Below, one piece after another: positions 29,148-40,062 of a stretch of DNA of 57,492 nucleotides; within the stretch, counting starts at the first letter, position 1, and the number at the start of each line of letters is the position of its first letter. The translations under genes and the position numbers were made by a program. This DNA is from Sedimentisphaeraceae bacterium JB056 (lineage in GTDB: Bacteria > Planctomycetota > Phycisphaerae > Sedimentisphaerales > Sedimentisphaeraceae). The stretch covers positions 1 to 57,492 of the forward strand of contig JBITAJ010000005.1 of assembly GCA_044440125.1 (NCBI GenBank), read 5' to 3'. Below the pieces are notes generated by a model. It searched no databases and was not told where the DNA came from. It saw nothing but the letters and a program-made list of their open reading frames with translations.

Positions 29148-30830
29148 TCAGCAGCTTTCGAGAAGAGCCTCTTCTGCTTCTTTTGTCCAAAGTCCGTTAA
29201 CCAGCTTATCAGCTACGCTGGGCATCTTATCCTTAAGTTGGTCAAGGGTTACGAGTCCAATGCCTTTAACCTTCGGATATACAATAATCTTACCGGCAAT
29301 AGCATGATTCTCTACGGCTCTGATACCTTCAACAGACGACTCAATATCACAAATCGCCGCTACTGACATATTAGTATCAAGTTTGCCGTCAATCACCTTG
29401 TTAAGTACAGTCTTCATATCATCAAGAGTTGAACCGCTTGTACCAACAAAGTAGAGATTATTCTCAATATAAGCATTGAGATCAATCATGCCAGAAACAG
29501 TTGCAGGAATACCAGCAAAAATATTGATGATACCGCCCTTGCTGCTATTCTTTACAGCCGCGGCAACAAGCTGTGGAACCGGAGCCATAAGAGCTGTAAA
29601 ATCGACGCCCTTAGGAGCCTGGCCCTTAGTTGGGTTATAAGGTATATACTTAACGCCTCTCTCCTCGGCAAGAGGAGCAGCTATCTTTGTAAGAGGAGCA
29701 AGACGGTCGTCATCAAGGTCACCCGCATATATCTCAACATCCTTAACGCCCTGGCAGATATTACGTATAACGTGCATAACACCCATAGGTCCACCGGCAC
29801 CGATCACATCGATCTTATCGCCTTCCCTGATCTCGCCTGTGGCAGGTATGTATTCCATCGCCTCAGCAGGATCGTTTGTCGTCGTACCAATAATCCTGAT
29901 ATTACCGTAGTGTACACGTCCTACAGCCGAATTAACTTCACTGTCAAATTTACCGCCGCAAAGGACAATATTGAACAAGCCGTTAGATGCAACTTTTGCA
30001 AACAGAGCTTCTGTTGTAGCTACCGCTGAACCAAAATAGATTACATCATCAAATGAGTTATCCGGTGCAGCTTTGAGCTCTGCTATTTCAACAGTTTCAA
30101 TACCATCAACCTGACAATCTGCCCCTACTACCATCATCTTACCGGGCTTGCCAAATCTACCGATAACCGCAGTTAACAGATTAACATCAAATTTATCACT
30201 CTCAACAACAACAAGCATGTTGCCGCCTTCTTTGATATTAGTACGCTCCTTGACAACATAAGAATCCTCAACGCACGCCCAAGGTTCTGCAAGAGCAACC
30301 GCTGAAGCACTGCGAGTATATGGAGCAGGAAGCATCATGAATTCTTTTCCATCAGGACTGGTACTGAGACGCTCATCCATAATCAGATATTCTTCAAGAC
30401 CGCCTTCAAGATTGTATCCGATAGCTCCGTTAGACTCACCTTCGGTAATCAGCCAACGATGATCGGCCTGTATCAGGTATCTTTCACCTTCCTGACACTT
30501 GGTAACTTTATCGCCAACCTTGACAACACGCACACATATTTCATGACCGGGTACTGTCGGCTCATCACCTGTCTTGTAACCTGGATATTCAGAAAGAATC
30601 GACTGATCAGTTCCCTTAACAATCTTACCTTTACGAACGTGAGTACTGAATTGCTTAAGAAGCTTGAGATCTGAAAAACAAAGTCCCACAGCCTCTACCT
30701 CACACAATATCTGGTAATCAGAAGGCATTAAAACAGGTTTTGAAGAATTATAGCTCAACTGATCAGGACCTGTAAGCTGAACAGCTCTCTGTGTTGAAGG
30801 AATATTAGCATTCTGTGTCATTTTTTTCAT
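29148..30830 (-). CDS. Extended Zn-dependent alcohol dehydrogenase (sorbose-1-P reductase-like)
   Basis: GLCFSD, PGHE, LAEPWAC and GAGGPMG; 560 aa, longer than a typical MDR enzyme. Confidence 0.75.
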   Translation of the reverse strand: MKKMTQNANIPSTQRAVQLTGPDQLSYNSSKPVLMPSDYQILCEVEAVGLCFSDLKLLKQFSTHVRKGKIVKGTDQSILSEYPGYKTGDEPTVPGHEICVRVVKVGDKVTKCQEGERYLIQADHRWLITEGESNGAIGYNLEGGLEEYLIMDERLSTSPDGKEFMMLPAPYTRSASAVALAEPWACVEDSYVVKERTNIKEGGNMLVVVESDKFDVNLLTAVIGRFGKPGKMMVVGADCQVDGIETVEIAELKAAPDNSFDDVIYFGSAVATTEALFAKVASNGLFNIVLCGGKFDSEVNSAVGRVHYGNIRIIGTTTNDPAEAMEYIPATGEIREGDKIDVIGAGGPMGVMHVIRNICQGVKDVEIYAGDLDDDRLAPLTKIAAPLAEERGVKYIPYNPTKGQAPKGVDFTALMAPVPQLVAAAVKNSSKGGIINIFAGIPATVSGMIDLNAYIENNLYFVGTSGSTLDDMKTVLNKVIDGKLDTNMSVAAICDIESSVEGIRAVENHAIAGKIIVYPKVKGIGLVTLDQLKDKMPSVADKLVNGLWTKEAEEALLESC

Positions 30831-30868
30831 CCTTTATCAGACTAAAATTAGTTTTAGTTCATAATTGC

Positions 30869-30894
30869 CCCGCTCCCTACCGGTCGCGGTACTG
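30869..30894 (-). repeat. 26-bp REP-like element
   Basis: cccgctccctaccggtcgcggtactg, reverse-complement member of the family. Confidence 0.85.
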
Positions 30895-30919
30895 TTTACT
30901 TATAGCTAATAGCTAATTA

Positions 30920-32257
30920 CTAATTGCTCAAGACATCAATTATTTGTTCAGGAGAAACATCACTTGCAATATCTTTAAGCAACGTCTCTTTCTCAGGAGT
31001 AAGAAGCTCGCCAAGCTCTACAAAGAACTCATTCTTAGCGTTTATATCATCAAACTTCTGCTCTGCCCATTTACCTATATAACCAATACCGGCATTTCTC
31101 ATAAGAACAGAATGAGCATAAACAATCATCGCTCCACACCAGAATGGCTCAATCAACGGTGAAAGCTCTTTGCTCTTGAAATCATCTACGAACTTCAGGC
31201 CGGGGCTGTTCATCTCTGTGCCTGCAATGACCGGCATGCCAAGCTCTCCGGCAATCTCTATTATTTCATACAGATTCTTGCACTTGAGATCATCCTCACC
31301 AAGACCTGCAGTAAAGTTTCTATCCGGAATAATGTTTATAACGGCAGTACCGCTCTGTTTGGCTATATCAATAAGCTCTCTTATACACTTCTCACCGTCG
31401 TTTGTGCCATCAAGCCATGTAAGTGTCGGTATGCCGCCAGCATCGATAATAAATTCATTAACCTCAGCCATTTTGGGGAATGAACCGGCATCGGGTTTTG
31501 CATAACCGACTCCGCCCTTTTTCATTGTCTTGGAACGAATGAGTGCCTGAAGCGATGCGCCGCAAGGCAGCTCCGTATCTTTTGCTGACTCGCCAAGTTT
31601 ACCTACCCAGTAATCTGCAAGCTCCGAACCATCACCAAAGACGCTTTCTGCTTTTTGGGCATAGGCCAGACAAAGGTGACGCTCTGTAGCATTTCCTGAT
31701 GGAGTAAGCGGCATAACGTCTTCTTCATAATCAAGAGCAACTTCTTCGAGATATGTATTAACTCGATCCACCATCGCCTTATTTCTATCCTGAGCAGTCT
31801 GCTTTAGTGAACAGAGAAGAGGCTGTGCACTGGCCGGCACCTTGCCGCAAGGGAAACCAGTTCCCATGTGGTACGAGATACCAGGCTCACCGGGAGAGTT
31901 TATAACCTTATCGGCAAATTCCGGTATAAATACCCTTGTCTCCATACCTGCCGATGCCTTAAGCCCAAGAGCTGCTGCTGCTTCATAGAACTCATCAACA
32001 GCGTCAAGTACATCAAAGTCAACAATTCCAACAGAACCAAGGCCCTGCTTCTTAGCCATATAAGCGATTTTCATCGGCGAATACCCTTCTCCATTGTAAG
32101 AGAAGAAAGTATGGAAGTGAACATTTGTCTCTTTAGTGGGTGCTTCAACCTCAATAGTTCCATCTGCTATCATTGAAGCAAGCTTATCAAATGCCTGTTT
32201 TCTCGTTGCATAATCTAAGGAATCTAATTTTGTTTCAAGTGTTTTAATATCGTTCAT
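30920..32257 (-). CDS. PHP-domain metal-dependent phosphoesterase-like protein
   Basis: NVHFHTFFSY, GIVDFD, GMETR, AGTEMN. Confidence 0.7.
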   Translation of the reverse strand: MNDIKTLETKLDSLDYATRKQAFDKLASMIADGTIEVEAPTKETNVHFHTFFSYNGEGYSPMKIAYMAKKQGLGSVGIVDFDVLDAVDEFYEAAAALGLKASAGMETRVFIPEFADKVINSPGEPGISYHMGTGFPCGKVPASAQPLLCSLKQTAQDRNKAMVDRVNTYLEEVALDYEEDVMPLTPSGNATERHLCLAYAQKAESVFGDGSELADYWVGKLGESAKDTELPCGASLQALIRSKTMKKGGVGYAKPDAGSFPKMAEVNEFIIDAGGIPTLTWLDGTNDGEKCIRELIDIAKQSGTAVINIIPDRNFTAGLGEDDLKCKNLYEIIEIAGELGMPVIAGTEMNSPGLKFVDDFKSKELSPLIEPFWCGAMIVYAHSVLMRNAGIGYIGKWAEQKFDDINAKNEFFVELGELLTPEKETLLKDIASDVSPEQIIDVLSN

Positions 32258-32307
32258 ATAAGTTTCAACCTTGTCTGAAATCTCGTTTTTGAAATTAATT
32301 TTTATTT

Positions 32308-33735
32308 TTAAGGCATATAAGTCTTAGGCTCAAATGAATTGGCAACAATCTCTCTTGCTGCCGCAAGGTCAACCACTTGCCCTGATGCAATGGCCTGAAT
32401 AAGTATATTACCACTGGCAGTCGCCTCAACAGGACCGGCAACAACTTTCTTGCCGGTTGCTGTCGCTGTCAATTTACAAAGCAATTCATTTTTGATTCCG
32501 CCGCCAACTAAATGAAGCGTGCTTACCGGAGTGTCTGTAATAAACTCAAACTTTTTAAGTACCTCTTCATATTTTACTGCAAGGCTTTCAAGGATAGTAC
32601 GCACCATCTGCCCCTTATCAGTGATCTCGCTCAAACCGCGTTCACGGAGATGCTTATTGATCTCCTTCGGCATATTTTCTGGTGCAAGGAATCCCGGATA
32701 ATCAGGATCTATCTTATAATCAAGAGGCTTTGCTTCAATAGCCATCTGAGTAAGCTGTGCATAGTCTAACTCTTGTCCTTCATTAGCCCAACACCTGCGG
32801 CACTCCTGAAGAAGCCAGAGCCCCATAATATTTTTCAGGAGCCTTATGGTGTTATAGACACCACCTTCATTTGTTATGTCTTCAGAATAAGTATCATCAT
32901 TAATAATCGCCTTAGGTGTTTCTACACCAAGCAAACTCCATGTACCACAGGAAAGGTAAGCCCAGCCGTCTCCTTCAATAGCAGGAACAGCCGCTACTGC
33001 ACTTGCCGTATCATGTGAACCGGCAGCAACAATATTAATCTGGTCGCATCCAAGCTCATCAGCCATCTCTTTTGTCATCTGCCCAACTACACTGCCAGGG
33101 GCGACAACCTCTGCCATTTTTTCAACATCAACACCGATAGCATCGAAAAGAGGTTTACTCCATTGACCACTCTTCATATCAAGTGCCTGGGATGTACTGG
33201 CAAGAGTATACTCACAGAAAGCTCTGCCGCAAAGTTTATATGCCACAAGATCTGCAATCATAACAATCTTGGAGCATTTATCAAATAATTCAGGATTAGC
33301 AAGCTTTGTTGCATAAAGTTGATAGAGAGTATTAATCTGCATGAACTGGATACCGGTGTTGTTGTAAATAACATCCTTTCCACCAGTAAGCTCAGCAACC
33401 TTTTCCACCATACCATTTGTACGGCTGTCACGGTAGTGATAAGGGTCAAAAAGGAGTTCACCATTTTCATCAAGCATTCCAAAGTCTACGCCCCAACTGT
33501 CGACTGCTATAGATTCGACTTTGCCGTCTGCTTTAGCTATTGCCTTTTTGATACCATCTTTTATTTCGCCAAATAATCTTGGGAAGTCCCAGTGAAGGCC
33601 ATCATCACAAGGTGTCGCACCGGTAGCAAATCTATGAATTTCGTGAAGCTCAAGTTTACAACCAGCAATCACACCAAGCATAACGCGGCCACTCTCAGCC
33701 CCCATATCAACTGCAATATAATTTCTGCTTTCCAT
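32308..33735 (-). CDS. rhaB: Rhamnulokinase/fuculokinase (FGGY family)
   Basis: AVDMGAESGR, DSWGVDF, HDTASA, TNEGG, KNIMGLW. Confidence 0.85.
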   Translation of the reverse strand: MESRNYIAVDMGAESGRVMLGVIAGCKLELHEIHRFATGATPCDDGLHWDFPRLFGEIKDGIKKAIAKADGKVESIAVDSWGVDFGMLDENGELLFDPYHYRDSRTNGMVEKVAELTGGKDVIYNNTGIQFMQINTLYQLYATKLANPELFDKCSKIVMIADLVAYKLCGRAFCEYTLASTSQALDMKSGQWSKPLFDAIGVDVEKMAEVVAPGSVVGQMTKEMADELGCDQINIVAAGSHDTASAVAAVPAIEGDGWAYLSCGTWSLLGVETPKAIINDDTYSEDITNEGGVYNTIRLLKNIMGLWLLQECRRCWANEGQELDYAQLTQMAIEAKPLDYKIDPDYPGFLAPENMPKEINKHLRERGLSEITDKGQMVRTILESLAVKYEEVLKKFEFITDTPVSTLHLVGGGIKNELLCKLTATATGKKVVAGPVEATASGNILIQAIASGQVVDLAAAREIVANSFEPKTYMP

Positions 33736-33977
33736 AACAATCCCTAAAACTGCGTTTTAATATCTGAAAATCAAAAGATCTCAAAAAAAAGAGACCTAAA
33801 CAAACCAAATCGGAACAGCACCGATAAGCTACTCGATTATAATAGCGGGCAGTAAAAGAGTCAAGGAACCAGAAGCTTTATTATCCTCATCCAAGCTCAC
33901 ACAGAACACAAACAAACATAACTGAACCCAAAAAGACAACACCAAGCCAGTTCCAATACAATCAAGCAAAGCTACGG

Positions 33978-35264
33978 TTATTTTCCTCGTTCGGTTCTGT
34001 TACTATTCCTGAATTGTCTTGGGGTCATTCCAGTCAGATCTTTGAATGTTCTTGTAAAATAGCTCTGATTATTATAACCAACCTCGAAACATATTTCAGT
34101 ACAAGTCTTATTGGTTCCAATAAGCATATTTTTTGCCATTTCAATTCGAACATTCGTAATATAATCAACTATAGTAACCCCCGCCTGCTCCTTAAATATA
34201 TGCGCCAATCTCGAAACACTCAAATGCGTTGATCTTGCAACATCTGAAAGACTTATGGGTTTATCATAATTGGCTTCAATATACTCAATGGCCGGCCTTA
34301 TCTGAGAAATACGACGTGAATCCTGCTTGGAATGAACTAATTCAATAAAATCATCAACAGCTCTGCCAACCCATGTGCAGAGGTCCTGCTGGGTCTCAAC
34401 CTTCATAAGCCTTGTGATATTATTGAGATTTTTTTTGAGAAGCAGATTTATATCCACTCCGCCCTCAGATGCCGCACGGCTAAGTACACTTATAAGCTCA
34501 AGCATTCGGGCCTTAAGAACATCGATATCACCCGGAGCACCAAGCATAATTGATGCAAGCATTAAATTGAGAATTTCGCGGGTTTCTGTCCTATCACCTA
34601 TCCTGACCTTATTAAGTAATTTACGCTCATATTCATAATGATTTATAGCAGCCGCACTCTGCTGCTTTTGCTCCGCTATAAGCTCTCCTATCTGGCTTTG
34701 CTGATCACTTCTCTCCCGCCTCCAATTGACTACTCTTGGATCAAGACCGGTGATCTGGTAAAACAGGATAAAAAGAAAATCAGACGCCTCCTGCAATTTC
34801 CTTGTCGAGACTAAGGGCAATCCTTCGAGTGCTTCATTAATGCGTGCTCTTTTTGAAACGACCCCCTGGAGTCTTTTGGAAATATCTTCACAAAGTCCAT
34901 CAGAAACAGGTTCACAAAGACATTTACCGTAAAACAGCCCGCCAAGAGGCAGATTACCCTCCATTACAGGTACACAGCCAAGAAGAATCCCGGCATGACA
35001 AATCGTAACGTAAGGCTGGCCGGTCTCTATGGCACTATTCAGACTGCGAACTCTTTCCTGTCTGCAGCGACTCTTGCCGGAACTGAAAGAATTAATAAGC
35101 TCACAAAACTCGTTATCACTTCGACGCGGCCTGTCAAAAACAATCTCGCGTCCATTAACATCGACAACTTCGATATCGAAACCATGATTTTCATAAAATA
35201 TCTTACTGACTTTCTCAATGTCTTTCTCAGATACAAAATCCGTCAACTTTATCTTCGTTGCCAT
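33978..35264 (-). CDS. PocR-sensor / AraC-family regulator
   Basis: FCELI…C…CHAGI PocR Cys pattern and C-terminal AraC HTH. ATG35264 preferred. Confidence 0.88.
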   Translation of the reverse strand: MATKIKLTDFVSEKDIEKVSKIFYENHGFDIEVVDVNGREIVFDRPRRSDNEFCELINSFSSGKSRCRQERVRSLNSAIETGQPYVTICHAGILLGCVPVMEGNLPLGGLFYGKCLCEPVSDGLCEDISKRLQGVVSKRARINEALEGLPLVSTRKLQEASDFLFILFYQITGLDPRVVNWRRERSDQQSQIGELIAEQKQQSAAAINHYEYERKLLNKVRIGDRTETREILNLMLASIMLGAPGDIDVLKARMLELISVLSRAASEGGVDINLLLKKNLNNITRLMKVETQQDLCTWVGRAVDDFIELVHSKQDSRRISQIRPAIEYIEANYDKPISLSDVARSTHLSVSRLAHIFKEQAGVTIVDYITNVRIEMAKNMLIGTNKTCTEICFEVGYNNQSYFTRTFKDLTGMTPRQFRNSNRTERGK

Positions 35265-35560
35265 ACAATACCAATCCAAATTAAATAAGTTCGTCCAACA
35301 TCTGCGAACCTGAAAACCTAAACCATACAAACTTAAGAATTTAGCAGTCAATAAACTTAGCCAAATATAACCTAAGCAACATCACCCCAATGATACCCAC
35401 TTTAACCCTATTACAATCACTAAATTTGGTTGTTTTGATTATACAGAAAAAGAATACTTTTAACAAATCATTTCTGCATTTACCATCTACATTAAACAAG
35501 TTAAGTTAATTATATTAGATTTTTGCATGTAAAAAAATGCTAAACCATTTTAAGAGAGGG

Positions 35561-36379
35561 TTATATTACACCAGCTTTTGAAGCTCTGAAGGAACTTGGC
35601 GAGACCCCTGTCTTGTTCTTGAAATGCTTACTGAAATAATACACGGAATTATATCCGGCCATTTCGGCAATTGATTTCACTGGATAATTCGATGATATCA
35701 GCAACCCCTTTGCATGTTCAATACGACAATTGATGATAAAATCCATAGGCGAGATATGCATCACGCTCTTAAATATCCTTGAAAAATGATCTGGGCACAC
35801 GTGAAGCTCGGCGGCAAGCTCACTTATCTGTCTATCCTGCCAAGGACATGCCGCTATTTTACCGCAAAGTTCGTTTATTGCTGATGTGTACCGGCTAATT
35901 CCCTCATGGCCGCTATTCTGCGATGCAATATTGACAAGTTCGACAATAACAGTCTGCAACCACATATCAGCTTCCCGGCTTCTGCCTCGCAGAAAATTAT
36001 CAACACACTTCCGCATCAGTTTTTCAAGGAAGAAAAGATCGGTAATCCTGCAATGGAAATCCGGGCTGCTGCTCAATTGAATGGGCTTACCATCAAACCC
36101 TATAAAATCAAGATGGCTGCTTACTACCCTAAGTCTATCCGCCGGATCATGACAAGCACTGAGGCTGGTTCCCGGCGAAAGGAAAAAACAGTCTCCCGCT
36201 GCCAACTGCCAGATCTGCCGACCTGATTTCAACTGTCCGCGACCTCCGCAGACGAGCCAGACATCATAATCGCTCATATGATTAACTTGCCAGCTCCAAT
36301 CTCTCTCACAATGGAAAACACCACCATTATTGCAGCGTACAATGATCTCATTAGTCTTTGTAATATCTATTTTTTTCAT
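35561..36379 (-). CDS. AraC-family regulator
   Basis: N-terminal cupin domain and HFSRIFK…GYNSVYYFSKHFK. Confidence 0.9.
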   Translation of the reverse strand: MKKIDITKTNEIIVRCNNGGVFHCERDWSWQVNHMSDYDVWLVCGGRGQLKSGRQIWQLAAGDCFFLSPGTSLSACHDPADRLRVVSSHLDFIGFDGKPIQLSSSPDFHCRITDLFFLEKLMRKCVDNFLRGRSREADMWLQTVIVELVNIASQNSGHEGISRYTSAINELCGKIAACPWQDRQISELAAELHVCPDHFSRIFKSVMHISPMDFIINCRIEHAKGLLISSNYPVKSIAEMAGYNSVYYFSKHFKNKTGVSPSSFRASKAGVI

Positions 36380-36615
36380 AAAACAAATCGGCTCAGTTAA
36401 CAAAATTTGCTTTCAGCAATGCTCTAAGACACCACAAATTACCCAAAAGTCTATTATCGCTTTAGTATAATACATTATCGTAATTTTAACATAAAACATC
36501 CTTTTAAATCAATAAAATATCGTAAAAGTTTAAAATAATATCGAAAACGTCAATTGTTTCCTTATACGAATCCGAGTAAAATGAGCTTTTAGTTGATTTT
36601 GCAGAAAGGTTGAAA

Positions 36616-37755
36616 ATGACTGACTTTACAGAACGGATTTTAAATACATTTTATCGTAACGAACCTCAGGATGTTCCACCACTGGGTTTTTTTGCGATAG
36701 ACTCAGACAGTGCTTCAAAGGTATTAGGGCGACCGACTTACTGGAGAGCCAAGGCCAAGTGCCAGATAGCCTTCTGGGAAGGACGCCGTGATGAGGTAGT
36801 GGAAAGCTGGAAAAATGACGCGATAGAGCTTTATGAAAAGCTTGATATCATAGACATAATCTCAGTAGCTCATATGGCAGGAGAATGCCCGCCTAAAGGA
36901 TATCAACCGGACCCACCGAAAAAAATAGCAGATGACACCTGGCAGGACCGCAACGGATGCATATACAAATATTCACCGGTAACTGACGATATCAGTATGA
37001 TCGAAGACCCACAGATGTGGCAGAAGAAACACAAGGCCGAAGATTACGAAAACCTTGAACCAAAGAAACCCGATGAAAGCATATTTGAAGTCATTGATGC
37101 TTTGATAGAACACTTCAAAGGGCGACGTTTCATCCTCGGAACATATGGTCACGTTGCAGGCTGGTTTCTTGCCGGCGGTATGGAACGCGGATTTATGGAG
37201 ATTGCATCCAATCCTGAAGAAGTTAAAAAGATATACACGGCACAATGTCGAAAAGCAATAGCAGAAGATGCCAGCTACATACGCCCCGGACAGGATGGTG
37301 TATTGCTGGGAACCGACTTTGCCAGCTCTCAGGGACCAATGATCAGCCCCGAATCCTACCGCAGCCTGTTTTATGATGCCTATAAAAAACGAATCGCCAA
37401 TCTTAAGGACAACAATCAGGCAGTCATCCAGCATGCATGCGGCAACAACCACAACTTCATGGATATACTTACCACCATAGGAGCTGACTGCTATCAGTCC
37501 ATACAGCCTTCAGCAGGTATGGACATAATAGAACTGCACAAGAAATATGGAGACAGGATATCGCTCTGGGGAGGAATCGCCGTTGAAACATTAATCAACG
37601 GCACTCCAGAAGATGTTAAAAAAGAAGTCGAAAAATTCATGGATTACGCAAAAGACAAAACCGGCCTGATTCTCGGCACAAGTCACTCAATCGCTGTAGG
37701 TACAAAATACGAAAACTTCATGACACTCTTAGACACTTACTCAAAATACAAATAA
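36616..37755 (+). CDS. Uroporphyrinogen decarboxylase / MtaA-family protein
   Basis: DFASSQGPMISP, HACGN, LWGGI, ILGTSHSI. Confidence 0.85.
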   Translation: MTDFTERILNTFYRNEPQDVPPLGFFAIDSDSASKVLGRPTYWRAKAKCQIAFWEGRRDEVVESWKNDAIELYEKLDIIDIISVAHMAGECPPKGYQPDPPKKIADDTWQDRNGCIYKYSPVTDDISMIEDPQMWQKKHKAEDYENLEPKKPDESIFEVIDALIEHFKGRRFILGTYGHVAGWFLAGGMERGFMEIASNPEEVKKIYTAQCRKAIAEDASYIRPGQDGVLLGTDFASSQGPMISPESYRSLFYDAYKKRIANLKDNNQAVIQHACGNNHNFMDILTTIGADCYQSIQPSAGMDIIELHKKYGDRISLWGGIAVETLINGTPEDVKKEVEKFMDYAKDKTGLILGTSHSIAVGTKYENFMTLLDTYSKYK

Positions 37756-37768
37756 GGAGCAAGAAGAT

Positions 37769-38905
37769 ATGACCGCAAAACCAACATGGACAAACCATAG
37801 CGATCTGGCTGTTAAAAGGAATCCAACGCTATCCAAAGAATCTTTTCTCGACTGGATGACATTCAAAGGTGGAGACCAAATCCCATTCATAGAAATATTC
37901 GGCCCTATAATAGGATTAAAAGAACAATGGTTCGAACAAGGTGCAACAGAAACTGAACTTGATTTCTCTGCATTCACTTATCGTGAACCACTGGTACACC
38001 GACTGGATATAAATAACGGCAGGCTCGGCGTCTCCAGTAAGATTATAGAAGAAACAGAAGAACACATTATCTATCTTGATGACCTCGGCCGCAAACTCAG
38101 GCTCTGCAAGGGTATGGCAACAATTCCGCTGCCGTTGAGCTATCCTGTAAAGAACATGGAAGACTGGCTCGCTATAAAGCCGCGATACGAATTTGATGAA
38201 TCAAGATTTGGAAAGAATTGGCTCGAGGAAGCAGAAGCAGCACTTGAAAAAGGCGCCGTTATCGTAGCAGATATTCCCGGCGGTTTTGATGAGCCTCGTC
38301 AGCTTCTTGGCGAAGAGGCCATATGCTATGCATGCTACGACCAACCGGAACTGATTGAAGACATCCTCAACACAATAGGAGATACCGCACTAAAAGTTCT
38401 TGATATGGCAAGTTCTAAAATACAAATTGACTCTCTGTTCGTACACGAAGACATGGCAGGCAAATCCGGGCCACTCTGGGGTCCAAGAGAGGTTTCTACT
38501 TTCATAAAACCATATTATCGGAAGGTATGGGATATGCTCGAAGGACGCGGTGCGAGGCTCTTCAATCAGGATAGTGACGGTAATATGGAAGGCATACTGC
38601 CGCAAATGATAGATGCCGGACTCAACTGCATCATGCCGGTAGAACCGGGTTCAGGAATGGACATGGTCAAACTGCGACAGCAGTACGGCGAAAAACTGGC
38701 TTTCTGGGGAGGTCTTGACAAATACGCTCTTCTCGAAGATAAGGCCGCGATTGAAGCCGAACTCGAATATAAGATTCCGCCGATGATCAAAACTCGCGGA
38801 TGCATGCTCGGACTCGACCACAGAATTCCTAACGGTGTGCCGTTGGATAACTACAAATTCTACGTCAGTAAGGTATGGGAAATAATCAATAGAGAAGAAA
38901 ACTAA
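37769..38905 (+). CDS. Uroporphyrinogen decarboxylase / MtaA-family protein
   Basis: EDMAGKSGPL, DSDGN, FWGGLDK, LDHRIP. Confidence 0.85.
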   Translation: MTAKPTWTNHSDLAVKRNPTLSKESFLDWMTFKGGDQIPFIEIFGPIIGLKEQWFEQGATETELDFSAFTYREPLVHRLDINNGRLGVSSKIIEETEEHIIYLDDLGRKLRLCKGMATIPLPLSYPVKNMEDWLAIKPRYEFDESRFGKNWLEEAEAALEKGAVIVADIPGGFDEPRQLLGEEAICYACYDQPELIEDILNTIGDTALKVLDMASSKIQIDSLFVHEDMAGKSGPLWGPREVSTFIKPYYRKVWDMLEGRGARLFNQDSDGNMEGILPQMIDAGLNCIMPVEPGSGMDMVKLRQQYGEKLAFWGGLDKYALLEDKAAIEAELEYKIPPMIKTRGCMLGLDHRIPNGVPLDNYKFYVSKVWEIINREEN

Positions 38906-38967
38906 TTACCCATATTTTTAAAAGCAATCGGTCTCTGCCGTCTCACTGATTGACGGCAGAAACCAAT

Positions 38968-40062
38968 CTATTTACAAAGTGTTAATTTTCTGTACAGATG
39001 AGGCGTTAGAGCCTGCGTCTTAAAGAGTGCCCAGGCAATACGTCCATCTTCAAGCTTGAGCTTCTTTGCTGTCCCTAAAGTCACCTCTGCCAAAAGCTCT
39101 ACGCCGCAATCAAGAACACAAATTACTCCGGTCTCTGCAATCACAACCTTTGTAATCTTGCACGGCAACTGATTCTGAATTGATATGTTTGGTATGGGAG
39201 CATTGGATATGGATATATCTTTTGTCCTCAGCGTATAACTGATACTGTCTCCCTCTTTAACATCAGCGATAGGAGCCCTGAATGTAAGAGCTGGTGAGAC
39301 CTGAACATTCACAAATCCAAGCTCACGATCTACATTTTTAACTCTGCCGTCGATTCTGTTTGAGTAATCAAGTGCATGAAGAAGCTGCATAGCATTCTTT
39401 GAGGCAAGGATATCGGAGATTTTCCCCGCCGCCTTGATCTGCCCTTCACGCATAATGACCAGCATGTCACACAAATTCTGGATTTCATCAAGCGTATGAC
39501 TTACAAGAATCATCGGTATCTTCAATTTATATCTGATCTGCTCAAGGATGCCAAGTATCCTCCACGAAAGATCTCCATCCATACCAGCAAAAGGTTCATC
39601 CATGAGAAGCAGCTTGGGATGCGAAAGTATCGCACGCCCTATAGCAACCCTCTTAAGCTCACCGCCGGAAAGATTCCTTACAGAGCGTTTGAGCAGATGA
39701 GTTATTTCCACAAGTTCGGCAATCTCAGCAATAGTAAAGGTCTTGTCCTCACTCTTGCTGTGCTTGAGTGCAAAATTAAGATTCCCCTCAACACTCATGT
39801 GCGGAAACAATCTATTATCCTGAAAAACTACAGCAACCTGTCGCTGATGAACAGGGATATCCAGTTTTGAAGAATGAAACAAACACTCATCGCCTACTAT
39901 TATATGCCCTGAATCCGGCCTTATCAAACCGGCAAGACAATTGAGCAGAGTAGTCTTTCCGCTGCCTGAAACACCGGTAATACCTATCACATCCGCTTCT
40001 GTGCGAAGAGACAAATCGAGCCTGAAAGCCGAAATCCTTTTCTTTATCACAAAGTCAATCAT
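38968..40062 (-). CDS. modC: Molybdate ABC transporter ATPase
   Basis: GVSGSGKTT, LSGGE, LLMDEP and TOBE domains. Confidence 0.95.
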   Translation of the reverse strand: MIDFVIKKRISAFRLDLSLRTEADVIGITGVSGSGKTTLLNCLAGLIRPDSGHIIVGDECLFHSSKLDIPVHQRQVAVVFQDNRLFPHMSVEGNLNFALKHSKSEDKTFTIAEIAELVEITHLLKRSVRNLSGGELKRVAIGRAILSHPKLLLMDEPFAGMDGDLSWRILGILEQIRYKLKIPMILVSHTLDEIQNLCDMLVIMREGQIKAAGKISDILASKNAMQLLHALDYSNRIDGRVKNVDRELGFVNVQVSPALTFRAPIADVKEGDSISYTLRTKDISISNAPIPNISIQNQLPCKITKVVIAETGVICVLDCGVELLAEVTLGTAKKLKLEDGRIAWALFKTQALTPHLYRKLTLCK

